NCBI RefSeq assembly: GCF_000016745.1
Contig: NC_009483.1
Coordinates: 4,320,001 to 4,352,000, forward strand
DNA from: Geotalea uraniireducens Rf4
GTDB lineage: Bacteria > Desulfobacterota > Desulfuromonadia > Geobacterales > Geobacteraceae
Direction of reading: 5' to 3'
DNA length: 32,000 nucleotides
Shown here: positions 30,956 through 32,000 of the stretch, one piece after another
Numbering within the stretch: the first letter of the stretch is position 1
How the letters are laid out: each line of letters starts with the position of its first letter
Notes under the pieces: model-generated
Seen by the model: only the letters and a program-made list of their open reading frames with translations
Told to the model about the DNA's origin: nothing
Databases searched by the model: none
Position numbers and translations under genes: made by a program

Positions 30956-32000
30956 TCAGGATGCGAGCACCATCTCGGTCAGCGATGCCCCGGCAGGGAC
31001 CATGGGAAGAACCTTCTCCTCGCGGGCGACCTTGAACTCCATTATCACCGGCCCCGGTGTTGCGAATCCTTTTTTTATGACCGCTTCCACCTCGTCGGGC
31101 TTGGTCGCCTGAAAACCCTTGGCACCAAATGCCTCGGCGAGCTTGATAAAGTCTATGGGAAGCTCCATACAGGTCTGGGAATAGCGCTTGTCAAAGAACA
31201 GTTCCTGCCACTGACGCACCATGCCGAGGAAGTTGTTGTTGATGATGCAGATCTTGACCGCCAGCCGGTTCTGCACCACGGTCGCCAGCTCCTGCAGATT
31301 CATCTGAAATCCACCGTCGCCGCAGATGACGATTACCTGCCGATCGGGAAAAGCAGCCTGGGCTCCCATGGCAGCGGGAAGACCGTATCCCATGGTGCCG
31401 AGTCCGCCGGAGGAAAGGAGCGTCCGCGGCCGGTTAAACTTGAAGAACTGGGCGGTCCACATCTGGTGCTGCCCCACATCCGTTGCCACAATCGCGTCGG
31501 GGTCGCTCAACTCCCGCAGCTTCTGAATGACGAACTGCGGTTTGATTACGGTGGCGGACTGTTTGTAACTCATGGGGTGCTTGGCCTTCCAGCCTTCAAT
31601 CTCCTCTGTCCATGGAACGATTGATTTCTTGAAGTCGTCAAGCTTGTCCCCCTGCTCTTCAAGGACCTTCAACATCTGTGTCAGCACGTCCTTCACATCA
31701 CCGACGATGGGGAGGTCGACACGCACGTTTTTCTTGATAGAGGTGGGGTCCACGTCTATATGGATAATCTTCGCATGGGGGGCAAAGGACGCTATCTTGC
31801 CGGTCACCCTATCGTCGAAGCGGGCTCCGACCGCTACAAGGAGATCGCAATTGGAGACCGCCATATTGGCATAATAGGTGCCATGCATCCCGAGAAGCCC
31901 CAAAGAGAGGGGATCATCCTCAGGAAAGGATCCAAGTCCCATAAGGGTCGTGGTTACCGGCGCTTCGAGTTTCTTGCTCAAGGCGGTAAGTTCCTCAGCG
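30956..32000 (-). CDS. ilvB: acetolactate synthase large subunit, C-terminal part (gene continues past the right edge)
   Basis: TTLMGLGSFPEDDPLSLGLLGMHG, GLGTMGYGLPAAMGAQ and the GDGGFQMNLQEL ThDP motif are present. The frame stays open to position 32000 (AEELTALSKKLE), so the track TTG start at 31981 is an artefact. Confidence 0.95.
   Translation of the reverse strand, partial: AEELTALSKKLEAPVTTTLMGLGSFPEDDPLSLGLLGMHGTYYANMAVSNCDLLVAVGARFDDRVTGKIASFAPHAKIIHIDVDPTSIKKNVRVDLPIVGDVKDVLTQMLKVLEEQGDKLDDFKKSIVPWTEEIEGWKAKHPMSYKQSATVIKPQFVIQKLRELSDPDAIVATDVGQHQMWTAQFFKFNRPRTLLSSGGLGTMGYGLPAAMGAQAAFPDRQVIVICGDGGFQMNLQELATVVQNRLAVKICIINNNFLGMVRQWQELFFDKRYSQTCMELPIDFIKLAEAFGAKGFQATKPDEVEAVIKKGFATPGPVIMEFKVAREEKVLPMVPAGASLTEMVLAS

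Overview
This 32-kb window looks like a Geobacter-like (Desulfuromonadales-type) chromosome. I judge that from gene content and synteny only. All homology calls are by-eye motif comparisons and nothing was searched.

Right third (18.2-32 kb, minus strand): core metabolism. The order is ilvB (partial)-ilvN-ilvC-psd-pssA, a Leu-specific T-box leader, then leuA. leuC-leuD follow after a 5.6-kb interruption that carries a lipoprotein gene, a secreted HExxH protease locus, a cold-shock gene and a LOG/PpnN-like gene.

Left third (0.45-10.5 kb, plus strand): one co-directional block. It holds a U32 Fe-S 'peptidase', a rearranged L-Ara4N lipid A modification cluster (arnT-arnB-arnC-split arnA-arnD, no arnE/F), a DUF4911-like ORF and tldD.

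Middle:
- a DUF422-type membrane protein
- two diverged IS256-family copies head-to-head, each with its own 8-bp target duplication
- a perfect (CACTCTT)23 microsatellite
- an ATPase-less mlaE-mlaD pair led by a 504-aa secreted aromatic-Pro repeat protein that I cannot place in any family (my top candidate for something new)

Two inverted copies of a 169-bp MITE-like palindrome bracket this whole 17.5-kb segment. In both copies the same end points at the first gene of an inward-reading operon. Intergenic spacers carry an unusual family of TTC-phased heptamer repeats, CACGAAT-triplet palindromes and GTAG...CTAC REPIN-like hairpins. No rRNA, tRNA or CRISPR array was seen.
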